Shown in pieces: positions 18,486 to 28,315 of a stretch of DNA of 64,000 nt (positions within the stretch are counted from its first letter, which is position 1; every line of letters starts with the position of its first letter). The stretch lies in contig JAKLFP010000003.1 of NCBI GenBank assembly GCA_022711115.1, forward strand, positions 9,199-73,198, given 5' to 3'. The position numbers and the translations under genes are program-made. Below the pieces are notes generated by a model. The model had not been told where the DNA came from. It did no database searches and saw only the letters and a program-made list of their open reading frames with translations. The stretch comes from Candidatus Omnitrophota bacterium. Lineage in GTDB: Bacteria > Omnitrophota > Omnitrophia > Omnitrophales > Aquincolibacteriaceae.

Positions 18486-20090
18486 TCAGATTTGCGAACG
18501 ATCAATCGGCATAAAAACCGGACGGTCCTCATCAAACCTTTTGGTTCCCGCTATCAACCTCCAGACCTTGCGATCCTTGAAGTAATCCACCGCTTTTCGA
18601 TTTTGGGCCTTGTCCATGTCACGGGCCCACACCACAGGCGCATGATCAATCTCCGCATCATTATAAACCCATTCGTCGTCGGGAGAATGCATGTCCCCAT
18701 AACGCACAAAGACCAGATGCTTTTGCCCCGTTTTTTTCATTTCTTGAATGAATTCAGCCCGCACCGACGCCCAACGAAAAAGCGGGTAAGGTTGAGGACT
18801 CGGCATGGAAAACATCGTGATCGCTGCAATAATGATAAACGCCTTTACCGTCTTCCTCAAACTTGGCATTTCAATCAAGTCGAAAACCCGGAATCCGGAA
18901 ATCAAAATAAAATAGTAAAAAACCACCACCGGAGCAAGATAATGCAGTTGCATCAAAATGACCAGAAGAAACGAAAAAATCGCACAGAAAGCGAATAGAT
19001 TCAAATAGGCGAAGATAACCCACCGGTCTTTGCGCAGAAACCAAAAAAAACCGCACAGCATCGGAATGATGAAAAATGGGTTTGGAATAAAACCGCCTCG
19101 ACTAAAAAAAATAGACCGCAAATAACGCCAAGTCCGCTCAGGCTGGTTTACCGAAATAAGCGGCTCGTAAATTGTTTTCAATTTCGTCAAGGAATAAATC
19201 CTCATATCATGGTGACGAAGAAAAATATCCGGACGAGGCTTCTCCCAGAAAAAAATAGGCGCCGCCAAATACGCGGCATCGTACTTTTTATACGGCATCA
19301 CGCGCCAATCCCCTGTCACCCGCCAGTTGTAGTACCCCATGGCGGCCAGCGTGATCCCTCCGGCGATCACCACCGGTACCACGATTTTTTTCAGGACGGG
19401 TTTGAATAAAACAGTTTTGATGTTTGAGAAAATAAAAAAAAGTAACACGCCTGCGGACGGTAAAACCGCAAGAGCTCCTTCAAGCGGCCGCGAGTTGGCA
19501 AGAACGGCAAGCCCCGCACTCAGAATCAATGAATCCGTGATATTGGGCCTTCTAAGGATTCGACGAAGACCGCCCCATACGAGCGCTCCGCCCAAAGCGG
19601 CGACCGCTCCTCCCCAATAGGATTGCGCCCAATAATAACGGACTCCAAAGACCGGATGCAGGATCGAAAATAAGCCGCCGAGAAAAGCCCATCGCGGCGT
19701 GGTCCACGCCTGCAGCATCCAGCAAATACTCGCGCACATCAGCGCCATGCCAAGCCACACCCCGTAAATCGGATGTCCGAACACAACCTGACCCAAAGCC
19801 ATCACGGCGCCCTGTGCCGGAGGATATTTGGACATATAGGTCGGCTGTTGAAGAACGTGCATGGTCTCAAAATGGGTCCACACCGGGTGTGCGGGATTGG
19901 TCAGACGTCCCTGTGCAAAAGTGTCCGAGGCAAGCAAATAACTGAATTCATCGTGAACCTGCGGCACCGGAATGCCTTGAAAGTACGCAACAAGCCAACA
20001 GCCGAAGAATGCGAGAAGTCCGATGAGCAGCACGGACGTTTTTTGACGATCCGCCAGGACAGTCACGCTTTTTAAGATGCGGTGGAACAT
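18486..20090 (-). CDS. polytopic integral membrane protein (GT-C-like fold possible)
   Basis: 534 aa with at least 12 predicted TM helices. It shares an upstream regulatory motif with the inhibitor gene. Confidence 0.45.
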   Translation of the reverse strand: MFHRILKSVTVLADRQKTSVLLIGLLAFFGCWLVAYFQGIPVPQVHDEFSYLLASDTFAQGRLTNPAHPVWTHFETMHVLQQPTYMSKYPPAQGAVMALGQVVFGHPIYGVWLGMALMCASICWMLQAWTTPRWAFLGGLFSILHPVFGVRYYWAQSYWGGAVAALGGALVWGGLRRILRRPNITDSLILSAGLAVLANSRPLEGALAVLPSAGVLLFFIFSNIKTVLFKPVLKKIVVPVVIAGGITLAAMGYYNWRVTGDWRVMPYKKYDAAYLAAPIFFWEKPRPDIFLRHHDMRIYSLTKLKTIYEPLISVNQPERTWRYLRSIFFSRGGFIPNPFFIIPMLCGFFWFLRKDRWVIFAYLNLFAFCAIFSFLLVILMQLHYLAPVVVFYYFILISGFRVFDLIEMPSLRKTVKAFIIIAAITMFSMPSPQPYPLFRWASVRAEFIQEMKKTGQKHLVFVRYGDMHSPDDEWVYNDAEIDHAPVVWARDMDKAQNRKAVDYFKDRKVWRLIAGTKRFDEDRPVFMPIDRSQI

Positions 20091-20382
20091 GCGATTTTTT
20101 TTTGATGCGCTGAAAGTCGGAAAACCATGGAGTCTCTTTTCATATTCTGCGTCTTATCGTTTTTCGGTCTTAAATATAAAATTTTTGTTTCCCGGAAAGA
20201 TAACGTTCTATTTTTATCGCGAAAATGGCCGGATGGTATAAGGGCATGGGCCGCGCGGATCAAATCCTGCGAATGGTTTCTTTAGAAAATAAATATCTCA
20301 AAAGTTCTGCCAAAAAATAAAAAATTTACAACAAATACGCTGAAGGTCTTTGTCCTGCGCTATAAAAAAATCCGCTCTCACA

Positions 20383-21252
20383 TTATGCCTCAGCATCCGA
20401 AGATTGTTTTGTGAGATGCACCTCCAAGCGGCGCCTCTCGTCGATGCCCATGGAAAGAAACATTAACCCGACCTCAAAACAACCTTCCTGGCTGGACGGC
20501 AGGCACCGAACAACGCGGCAGACCATGCGCAAAGGCTTATTGTTCTGATAAAGATCCAGGGCTACATTCAGCGTATGGCCCGGCACCAGTCTCTCTTTCG
20601 CAAGAATCAACAGCCCCCCCGCACTCACGTTGACCGCCTGGGCAATCTTGCCTTCCGAAACCTCCTGCTTGCTCCCATGAACCAACCGATATGCCACCGG
20701 CGCGCCAAACGGCACCCTTTGGAAAAACCGTTTGTTTTTCGCTTGATCCGCCTCGGGTTTGCCGGACTCTGCCGTCGAGAGGCGATGCTTTTGTTCGGCA
20801 GCATTTTGCTCCGTGAGCTGATTCATCAAATGTGACAAAATTTTGCTAAGACTCACGATCCCGACCACTTTGGTTCCGTGATCCACCACCGCCATCTTGG
20901 AGATTTTTTCGAAAAGCATCAGCTCCGCCATATGCTCGATCGTCTCAAGAGGCGTAAACGCCTGAAGTCTGGAACTCATGAATTTATGAACAGAAGTTTT
21001 TCGAAGCTCTTCCTTCAAAATTTTGGGGAATTCGACGTTGCTCGAGAGGCTGACCTTTTCGGTCTCGCTGTACAACTTATTCAGAAGTTCTGTTTCGAAC
21101 AACATGCCACAATAATTTAAATCCGAATCGACCACCACAAAATCCGCCGTTCCGCGCACGCGTGACATCTCAAAAACCTCTTCCACGGTCGTCTTCTCAT
21201 GCACGGTCACAATGTGCGAGTCCATCACTTCTTTAGCGATCATGCGGGTCAA
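20383..21252 (-). CDS. CBS-pair plus PilZ domain protein (putative c-di-GMP receptor)
   Basis: Two CBS motifs sit at the N-terminus. The C-terminus has the RFFQRV (RxxxR) and NVSAGGL (DxSxxG-like) PilZ signatures. Confidence 0.55.
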   Translation of the reverse strand: MTRMIAKEVMDSHIVTVHEKTTVEEVFEMSRVRGTADFVVVDSDLNYCGMLFETELLNKLYSETEKVSLSSNVEFPKILKEELRKTSVHKFMSSRLQAFTPLETIEHMAELMLFEKISKMAVVDHGTKVVGIVSLSKILSHLMNQLTEQNAAEQKHRLSTAESGKPEADQAKNKRFFQRVPFGAPVAYRLVHGSKQEVSEGKIAQAVNVSAGGLLILAKERLVPGHTLNVALDLYQNNKPLRMVCRVVRCLPSSQEGCFEVGLMFLSMGIDERRRLEVHLTKQSSDAEA

Positions 21253-22052
21253 GATCCTTTTCCAATCGAAAGTATTCTCGTCAACGCAGCCAAGAGGTCC
21301 GGGCTTTCATGAAACGAAATGACACGATCACGAGGCATGAAATCGCAGGTAAAGCCTGCGAGCTTCTCGTCCGAGAACACATAAAAAGGAGTAGTTTGGA
21401 GATGGGGGTCTTCCGCTAATTCCTTCTGGATCTTTCGGGCGTTGAAAATGTTCATATCCTGCCAGAATTGAACAAAAATATAATGGGGCCTTATCTTTTT
21501 GGCCGTTTGGATCACGTCCTTTTCATCCCACTCTATTTCCACGGTAAAACCCTCGGACGCCAAAAAACTCTGCATCTTCTTGAGAATAAACTCACTGGGC
21601 CCTCCCAAGAGAACCCGCCTCTTTCCCGAAGGGGATTTTAAACCACCTTCCTTGGATTCCGCGGTCTTTTCCGTTTCCGCGGGTTTGACAGCCAAAGAAA
21701 CTTTTTTCATGAATTCCGCGCACAGAATAGGTTTCGAACAAAAATAAAAAACATCTTCTGCCCGGAAGAGATCACGGGCCAAACCTGGATCCGCAATGAC
21801 AATCACGGGAGTACGCCGAAAATCCGGCAACGCCTTCACTTTTTCAAAAAGCTGATAGCCCGGCATTTTGGAAAGGACCGCATCAAGGATGATGAGCTGC
21901 GGTTGGAGTTCGTGAATTTTTTGAAATCCCAGGAGCCCGTCTTCCGCGGTAAAAACCTCATAGCCGTCTAGGAGAAGACGGGCTTCGAGCATGGTGGTTA
22001 AATTAATATCAGAACTAATGATCAGGATTTTCGGCATACATAAAACTAGCAA
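21249..22052 (-). CDS. receiver-domain protein (REC plus degenerate second REC-like half)
   Basis: KILIISSDINL...IILDAVLSKMPG is a CheY-like fold. A 4-nt overlap couples it to the CBS-PilZ gene. Confidence 0.5.
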   Translation of the reverse strand: MLVLCMPKILIISSDINLTTMLEARLLLDGYEVFTAEDGLLGFQKIHELQPQLIILDAVLSKMPGYQLFEKVKALPDFRRTPVIVIADPGLARDLFRAEDVFYFCSKPILCAEFMKKVSLAVKPAETEKTAESKEGGLKSPSGKRRVLLGGPSEFILKKMQSFLASEGFTVEIEWDEKDVIQTAKKIRPHYIFVQFWQDMNIFNARKIQKELAEDPHLQTTPFYVFSDEKLAGFTCDFMPRDRVISFHESPDLLAALTRILSIGKGS

Positions 22053-22093
22053 AAATTATTCATTTTAGCCAGTAAAAGTAAAAAGGTACCGTT

Positions 22094-23164
22094 CTACGTT
22101 TGTTCATCCCCCGGGCGATCCAGTGATACACCCCCGTCGGACTTTCCTCTCTCTTCTTGCGCGGCATTCATCAATACCTTCCTTTCATTCAATTCAACTT
22201 TTACCCTTCCCCGCGGGACGGCGTCCGGTTTACAACCTGTCCCCTCGGTACCCGGTACCGTTCTAGGTACCGTTCTAAAAAGTTGATATTTATTGATGCG
22301 TTGCTTCAGATGGTCAATCACTTGGGGCATTAAACCGGAAAGAAAACGATGATACTGTCCTTGCGGGTTGAGCATGTTTTCCTTAATCCAGACAAGCATT
22401 TCTTTTTCCTTAGCTTCATCTCCTGTTAACTCGGACATGCGCTGTACTGCCGCATGAAGCATCACCCACGCCCCTTCACCTTGTGCCACAATAACATCCT
22501 GTCTTTTTTCAACCAGTTGTTCATAATATTTTCTTGCGTCCTTAAAATTACCGGCATGTTCCGCCATCATCGCTTGTTTTGAAAGCCTTAAAATATCCGT
22601 ACTTTCCGGTAGCTTTTCTTCCATATATCGCTTTTGCTCATCATAAGAAGCCGTCTCAAAATCAGCAAGGCTGCGGATAGCACCAACACTTTGAGGCATA
22701 GGCTTGGACTCTACGATCTTTTTACCCCGCTTCTGCGCTTCGATTTTTTGAAGTAAACGAGTTTTCATATTTTTATATCTGATTCGATTTTTGCTTTTAG
22801 ATGAAACATTTTGTTTATCAAAAAAATAAATCCACCAATCAACTTGCTCTATGGCTTTTTGATATTCGCCTGTTTGTTCATAAAAATTCGCAAGCCCACC
22901 TCTTACCACTTTCTCAAGTACGCCACCTTTAGCCAATGACAAAGCCTTAAAATAAAGCGCCTCTGATTCGTGCATGCGTCCATCTTTCATATAATCATAA
23001 GCGTGTGAACAAAGCGTAAAAACGGCTTCATGTTTTTTGGTCTCGTTCGATATGGTTTGCTCATTGGCAACAGGATTTGCAAAGTTATTTTCTATGTGTG
23101 CAAATAAAATCGAGAAGGAAATAATCATCCCCAAAATGCCCTTAAACAATATTTTGTTTTTCAT
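22094..23164 (-). CDS. secreted TPR-like protein, paralogue of the 23984-24883 product (candidate orphan immunity protein); C-terminus reads through a REP-like repeat
   Basis: Signal peptide. The C-terminal 180 aa are paralogous to the 23984-24883 product, including a 100% identical 115-nt tract. The tail ...TVPRTVPGTEGTG... is encoded by a REP copy. Confidence 0.5.
   Translation of the reverse strand: MKNKILFKGILGMIISFSILFAHIENNFANPVANEQTISNETKKHEAVFTLCSHAYDYMKDGRMHESEALYFKALSLAKGGVLEKVVRGGLANFYEQTGEYQKAIEQVDWWIYFFDKQNVSSKSKNRIRYKNMKTRLLQKIEAQKRGKKIVESKPMPQSVGAIRSLADFETASYDEQKRYMEEKLPESTDILRLSKQAMMAEHAGNFKDARKYYEQLVEKRQDVIVAQGEGAWVMLHAAVQRMSELTGDEAKEKEMLVWIKENMLNPQGQYHRFLSGLMPQVIDHLKQRINKYQLFRTVPRTVPGTEGTGCKPDAVPRGRVKVELNERKVLMNAAQEERGKSDGGVSLDRPGDEQT
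22234..22278. repeat. solo REP-like palindromic repeat (aacctgtcccctcggtacccggtaccgttcta, with the last 12 nt duplicated)
   Basis: Same unit as those flanking both RAYT genes. It contains two GGTACC palindromes. Confidence 0.6.
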
Positions 23165-23338
23165 AAAAAATATCTCGTATATTTGGAAGGATCTATTTTG
23201 ATAACTCCGCTTTCTTCATCAACATAGACGCCGCGACTTTCATCCTCAGCCAAAAAGTCAAAAAGAACATTAGGGTCGTGGTTACCTGCCGCAAGATTTA
23301 AATCCCTCATAAACAAATTGGTTTGCTGGTAATAAAAA

Positions 23339-24020
23339 GGTACCGGGTACCAAGGGGACAGGTTAATCTAGACACCCACCAACTCCTTATCAATGAGTTC
23401 TTCATAGGGACGAGTTGCTTCGACATGTCGACGGTAACGTTCTTGCCTTATCTCTGGCTGTCCTCCCAATGCTTGATATGCAACCGATACCGTCAAAAGT
23501 TCGTTTTTGATCCCGTACGCATAAAAACCATAACTGGAATAGGGCCATTCTGCCGGATTTGAAACCATTTTCGCTCTTACCGGATTCCTTTCGATATATC
23601 GGCCGCAATCCAATAAATAGTTCTCTTTTTCAATTGGTAAGCTTCGATAACGTCCTTGAAATAAATGGCCGAAATGCGTATAGTTTTTTCGGTAGTAATG
23701 ATGATAAGCTCGCTGAATTCCATGCATGTAGCGGCTTAACTCCAAAGAGTTTTCACTTCTCAACAAAAGATGCGCATGATTCGTCATAAGACAGTAATGT
23801 TGAATTTGAACCGGATATTTTTTGAGATATTCACCTATAATTTCGAGAAATTCGTCAAAATCTTCATACCCATGAAACAGTCTCCCTTTATTGTTCCCCC
23901 GAACAATAACATGATAAAGTCCTGTTCCTGACTCTTGCCTTGGACTTCTCCCCATTCATACTCACCTGCCTTTACTGTCTATTTCAACCTGTCCCCTCGG
24001 TACCCGGTACCGTTCTATAA
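23339..24020 (-). mobile_element. RAYT unit 1: REP-like IR, Y1/IS200-like transposase gene, REP-like IR
   Basis: Inverted copies of aacctgtcccc(t/c)(t/c)ggtacccggtacc lie at 23339-23364 and 23986-24020, bracketing the CDS. Confidence 0.65.
23368..23955 (-). CDS. REP-associated tyrosine transposase (IS200/IS605 Y1 HuH family)
   Basis: HuH motif in LMTNHAHLLL and catalytic Tyr in CGRYIERNP. About 90% identical to the second copy at 25343-25930. Confidence 0.75.
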   Translation of the reverse strand: MGRSPRQESGTGLYHVIVRGNNKGRLFHGYEDFDEFLEIIGEYLKKYPVQIQHYCLMTNHAHLLLRSENSLELSRYMHGIQRAYHHYYRKNYTHFGHLFQGRYRSLPIEKENYLLDCGRYIERNPVRAKMVSNPAEWPYSSYGFYAYGIKNELLTVSVAYQALGGQPEIRQERYRRHVEATRPYEELIDKELVGV

Positions 24021-24883
24021 AGTTGATATTTATTGATGCGTTGCTTCAGATGATCAATCACTTGAGGCATCAAACCAGAAAGAAAGTGATGATATTGCCC
24101 TTGAGGATTGAGCATGTTTTCCTTGATCCAAACAAGCATTTCCTTTTCACGAGCTTCATCACCGGTCAATTCAGACATGCGCTGAACCGCACAATGCAAC
24201 ATCGGCCAAGCCATCTCTCCCTGAGCCGCAGTTACAGCATCCTTTTGAGGCAGCAGCTGTTCGTAAAAACCTTTGGCATCTTTAAAATTTCCAGCATGTT
24301 CCGCCATCATCGCTTGTTTTGAAAGCCTTAAAATATCCGTACTTTCCGGTAGCTTTTCTTCCATATATCGCTTTTGCTCATCATAAGAAGCCGTCTCAAA
24401 ATCAGCAAGGCTGTGAATGGAATTAGGATTCTGAGGCATAGCCTTTGGCTCTTCGATCTTTTCGCCTCTTTTTTGAGCTTCTATTTTTTGAAGGAGGCGT
24501 TGTTTGGTTTTTTGATATTTTTGCAAGGTCTCAGGCACCCGATTAACTTGAAGCATTTTTTCGACAAGTGGCAATGCTTGTTCGTATAATTTAAGCCCCT
24601 CATATATTCGGATTAAACCTACTTGAGCCATCCCTTGTATACTACTTGTAGCCCAATCTTCATATAACACCTCGTAAATTTCCCTTGCGTCGGAGAATTT
24701 CCTTTCCTCCTCAAATTGACGCGCCCGATGAAGCAACGCCCATTGTTCATCGATGTTCTGCGCTATTTGATGATACTTATTCCCGCTTAGCATTTCTTTT
24801 TCAGCAGCACTGCAAACAATGAAATGATGCATCATAAAAAACAAAATCAATTCTATTATTAAAATGCATCGAACATTTTTCAT
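23984..24883 (-). CDS. secreted TPR-like protein, paralogue of the 22094-23164 product (candidate immunity protein for the upstream toxin fragment)
   Basis: Signal peptide. Its shared C-terminal region ends in a REP-encoded ...YRTVPGTEGTG. Confidence 0.5.
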   Translation of the reverse strand: MKNVRCILIIELILFFMMHHFIVCSAAEKEMLSGNKYHQIAQNIDEQWALLHRARQFEEERKFSDAREIYEVLYEDWATSSIQGMAQVGLIRIYEGLKLYEQALPLVEKMLQVNRVPETLQKYQKTKQRLLQKIEAQKRGEKIEEPKAMPQNPNSIHSLADFETASYDEQKRYMEEKLPESTDILRLSKQAMMAEHAGNFKDAKGFYEQLLPQKDAVTAAQGEMAWPMLHCAVQRMSELTGDEAREKEMLVWIKENMLNPQGQYHHFLSGLMPQVIDHLKQRINKYQLYRTVPGTEGTG

Positions 24884-25350
24884 GGCGTATTTCGCAGTCT
24901 AGATATAAATTTATCGAGATTGATTTTGTAGATATCATTTATTTTTTCTACGCAACCATCTGTTCTTTCATTTAAAAATTCGTCAATACCAGCTGACCCA
25001 CGAGCCGCAACCAAATTTAATTCTCTCATAAACAAACTCGTCTGCTGGTTAATGAAATCCGAACACTCATTCTGATTCGGCCCAGAGGCACAACTAAAAT
25101 CCAAATGCCCTGCACCCAGGATTTCTATATTGTACTGGTTTTCGACAGGTCTTACATTACCATTTGCATCTTCAATTTGAAACGTTTGCCCGAGATCCTG
25201 GAGCGGCACAGAATCATATTCCCCCATGACGCGTATCAACGTCTTAAGAAAAGGATCATTGATCACGCCATCGCCGACATAAGGCGCCCCATAAGTAACT
25301 ACGGTTGTAAAACGGTACCGGGTACCCAAGGGACAGGTTGATTTAAACAC
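24880..25350 (-). pseudogene. orphan C-terminal fragment homologous to the hydrolase-like C-terminus of the large effector-like proteins
   Basis: VVTYGAPYVGDGV...ILGAGHLDF aligns with INVYGENDFVPLA...ILGADHFDYF of the 563- and 571-aa proteins. Its N-terminus runs out of the REP flank. Confidence 0.5.
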
Positions 25351-25994
25351 CGATTAGCTCCTTATCAATCAATTCCTCATAAGGCCGTGCCGCTTCAACA
25401 TGTTGGCGGTAAAGCTCCTGCCTCATCTCCGGCCGATCGCCTAATGCCTGATACGCCACTGATTCTGTTACAAGTTCGTTTTTGATGCCATAAGCATAAA
25501 AACCATAACTCGAATACGGCCACTCTATGGGAGCCAAAATCATTTTCGCTCTTAATGGATTTCTTTCAATATATCGTCCACAATCCAATAAATAATTCTC
25601 TTTTTCAATGGGTAAACTTCGATAACGTCCTTGAAATAAATGGCCGAAATGCGTATGGTTTTTTCGGTAGTAATGATGATAAGCCCGCTGAACTCCGTGC
25701 ATGTAGCGGCTTAACTCCAAAGAGTTTTCACTTCTCAACAAAAGATGCGCATGATTCGTCATAAGACAGTAATGTTGAATTTGAACCGGATATTTTTTGA
25801 GATATTCACCTATAATCTCGAGAAATTCGTCAAAATCTTCATGCCCATGAAACAGTCTCCCTTTATTGTTCCCCCGAACAATAACATGATAAAGTCCTGT
25901 TCCTGACTCTTGCCTTGGACTTCTCCCCATTCATACTCTCCTGCCTTTACTGTCTATTTCAACCTGTCCCCTCGGTACCCGGTACCTTTCTATT
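25314..25994 (-). mobile_element. RAYT unit 2: REP-like IR, Y1 transposase gene, REP-like IR
   Basis: IRs lie at 25314-25339 and 25961-25994. Confidence 0.65.
25343..25930 (-). CDS. REP-associated tyrosine transposase (IS200/IS605 Y1 HuH family), second copy
   Basis: Same motifs as copy 1. Confidence 0.75.
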   Translation of the reverse strand: MGRSPRQESGTGLYHVIVRGNNKGRLFHGHEDFDEFLEIIGEYLKKYPVQIQHYCLMTNHAHLLLRSENSLELSRYMHGVQRAYHHYYRKNHTHFGHLFQGRYRSLPIEKENYLLDCGRYIERNPLRAKMILAPIEWPYSSYGFYAYGIKNELVTESVAYQALGDRPEMRQELYRQHVEAARPYEELIDKELIGV

Positions 25995-26160
25995 TTTTAC
26001 CATTTTGATCTACAATTTGAAAATTCTGGTGATCAAGAAAGGGCACTGACAAGCCGTCCGCTGACCCGCGAACCCGGATTAATGTCTGAAGATAAGGATC
26101 ATTGATGATGTCATCCCCGGCATGAGGACCTTCATAAACTGTTTTATATAACCTATACTC
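25995..26160 (-). pseudogene. second remnant of the effector C-terminal region (non-coding relic)
   Basis: Nucleotide similarity to 25215-25320 (aggatcattgat...gacatgagg...cataa), but with no intact ORF. Confidence 0.3.
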
Positions 26161-26169
26161 TTTTACTTA

Positions 26170-26649
26170 TTATGTTTGGCCAAGTAATTTTTGTTTTTTA
26201 TCAAATAATTCTTTTTTGGTTTCTTCGCTTTGACAATTTTTGATTAACCAATTAATTTCTTTTACTGCATCATTAAAAGCACCTTTGCTTTGATATAACC
26301 GAGCCAATGCATAGTGTGATGTCCAGGAATAAAAACTATTTTCACTAACTTGAATGGCTCTATTAAATTCAGCTATCGCCTCATCAATATTTCCTTCTTT
26401 CTCAAGTTGGATCGCACGGTCTTCTGCTGCCCACCGTGGTTGGCTTTTCATAGTCACTTTTTTAAGACCTTCTTGTTGTTTATCATTTATTCCAATCCAC
26501 AAAATATTAGCAGGAATCTGCTCCTTAGAATCTTTTCGTTCTTGATAATTCTCAGTAGCCAGAGCTGGTGGTACTATAAAAAAAATTAACACAAGACAAA
26601 ATGTGATTTCGCTTTTCTTTTTCTTATTGATAATCATCTGGCAACTCAC
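26170..26649 (-). CDS. small secreted TPR-like protein (candidate cognate immunity/partner of 26624-28315)
   Basis: 159 aa with a signal peptide and TPR-like helices (YALARLYQSKGAFNDAVKEINWLIKN). It overlaps the stop of the large gene. Confidence 0.5.
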   Translation of the reverse strand: MSCQMIINKKKKSEITFCLVLIFFIVPPALATENYQERKDSKEQIPANILWIGINDKQQEGLKKVTMKSQPRWAAEDRAIQLEKEGNIDEAIAEFNRAIQVSENSFYSWTSHYALARLYQSKGAFNDAVKEINWLIKNCQSEETKKELFDKKQKLLGQT

Positions 26650-28315
26650 TTGAATTTACTTTGTAGCTCCCGTCGCTTTGCTTAAACTGAGCTAAAAAAC
26701 TTAACAGATAATCTTGACCTTTATCAGATAAGCGGGCTATTTCGGCCACAAATTTCCCGATTCTACTGCTCCCATCCGCCTTAGGAAAGTAATCAAAATG
26801 ATCGGCCCCAAGGATTTTAATGTTGATATTTTCGATAGGGACACCATTGGGTCCTGTAAAAGATTTGTTACCTGACGCCAACGGAACAAAATCATTTTCA
26901 CCGTATACATTAATGAATCGTTTGACATTTGAGTTGTTGATCGTCCCCTCATAGAGCGTACCCTCAAGCGTCGGGCCGCCAAGAGCAATTATAGTTGAGA
27001 CATTGTAGTCCCTCTGATCGATCGCTTTCAAGAAGGGATTTGTGCTTCCCGAATACATTACAGCCGTCACACCATGCGTTCTTTGAGCTTCGGTCAAAGC
27101 AATCCATTTTTGATCCAATTTATTCATAAGTTCATTGGTCAATTGATCGCCGCCGAGAGCATCAACGACCCAAGACAAGCTATCTGTAACCGGATTGCCG
27201 TTTTCATACATCGGAGCTAAAAAAATACTCGCAGGATCTACCCCGCGTTCAATCAAGCGGTTCATGAGATTGAATTCATAATCTGGAGGCACACCTTCTG
27301 GCTTAGTATTCCATATCCCATTAGACGCTACAAAGGAGACGAGAGCTTGCTTTTGGATAGAAGTCAACTTTGCAAGGCTCATACCACTAAGGTTAAGATT
27401 CTGTCCGCTTGTCGCAGGCATTGCCAAAGAAATCAACTGTCCTTCAGAAAATTCAAGGCGCGCACCTGTTACTTTATTGATAAAAACAGCTGAATAAATC
27501 GTCCCATCCGGATTTAATACTATCTGATTACCTCCGGTCGCATAAATTTCAAAAAGTTGTTTGTCATTAGAAAAAACTCGATATCCGTGAGCCAGCCCGT
27601 TTTTAACTTCCAAAACCGTATGCAACCCATCAGAAAAGACAGTTTCTACAACACCCTCCTTTAACAAAAACTGTCCATCAGGACCGACCACAAAGATGCC
27701 TCTTTCCGTTTGATCTCCTATCCTCCGTCCGAGCAGAATAGAATCATCGGTGGTTGAAAAATAAAGATCATTATTGGAATCAATATGAACTGCTTTGACG
27801 GGGATTCCATTTAGCACCGTATAATCTGATCTATGAGTAAGGATATCTAATAATCCACCTTGATTTAAAATTGATTCAATAGCATTTCTTTTAAAAATAG
27901 CCGTGGCAAATGTGTCTAAAGCGCCTAAAAGTCCTCTTTGTTTAATCACCTGCATAAAATCAAGAGCTTCTCCAAAGTAAGCCGCTAAGCTCTCAAGGTT
28001 TGTCATTTTAATTCCAAAAAAAGGATTGATTTGCTTAACAGACTTTAAGAAAGCTTCAGCCATAGAACTAACAATCGTCTGATTAGGATTAATCGCCCCA
28101 ATAACTCCAGCCGTTGCAAAACGAAGACCCAAGGCAGTAAAAAGTGGATCAACATTTAGTTTTTCACTGGTAAAATCTAAACCAACCGATATAAGCCCTC
28201 CCATCGTTTCTCTGTTCAATATCGCATTCTGGATCGATTGCCACAAAGAAGCGGGATTGCTGTTTGGATTTATGAATGAACTAATGGCACCTCCCACGGC
28301 TGCGGCCAGCGGCAT
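26624..28315 (-). CDS. large effector-like protein A with alpha/beta-hydrolase-like C-terminal domain
   Basis: 563 aa with no signal peptide. C-terminal motifs are MYSGS (possible nucleophile elbow), YGENDFVP (acid) and ILGADHFDYF (His). About 75% identical to protein B. Confidence 0.55.
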   Translation of the reverse strand: MPLAAAVGGAISSFINPNSNPASLWQSIQNAILNRETMGGLISVGLDFTSEKLNVDPLFTALGLRFATAGVIGAINPNQTIVSSMAEAFLKSVKQINPFFGIKMTNLESLAAYFGEALDFMQVIKQRGLLGALDTFATAIFKRNAIESILNQGGLLDILTHRSDYTVLNGIPVKAVHIDSNNDLYFSTTDDSILLGRRIGDQTERGIFVVGPDGQFLLKEGVVETVFSDGLHTVLEVKNGLAHGYRVFSNDKQLFEIYATGGNQIVLNPDGTIYSAVFINKVTGARLEFSEGQLISLAMPATSGQNLNLSGMSLAKLTSIQKQALVSFVASNGIWNTKPEGVPPDYEFNLMNRLIERGVDPASIFLAPMYENGNPVTDSLSWVVDALGGDQLTNELMNKLDQKWIALTEAQRTHGVTAVMYSGSTNPFLKAIDQRDYNVSTIIALGGPTLEGTLYEGTINNSNVKRFINVYGENDFVPLASGNKSFTGPNGVPIENINIKILGADHFDYFPKADGSSRIGKFVAEIARLSDKGQDYLLSFLAQFKQSDGSYKVNSSELPDDYQ

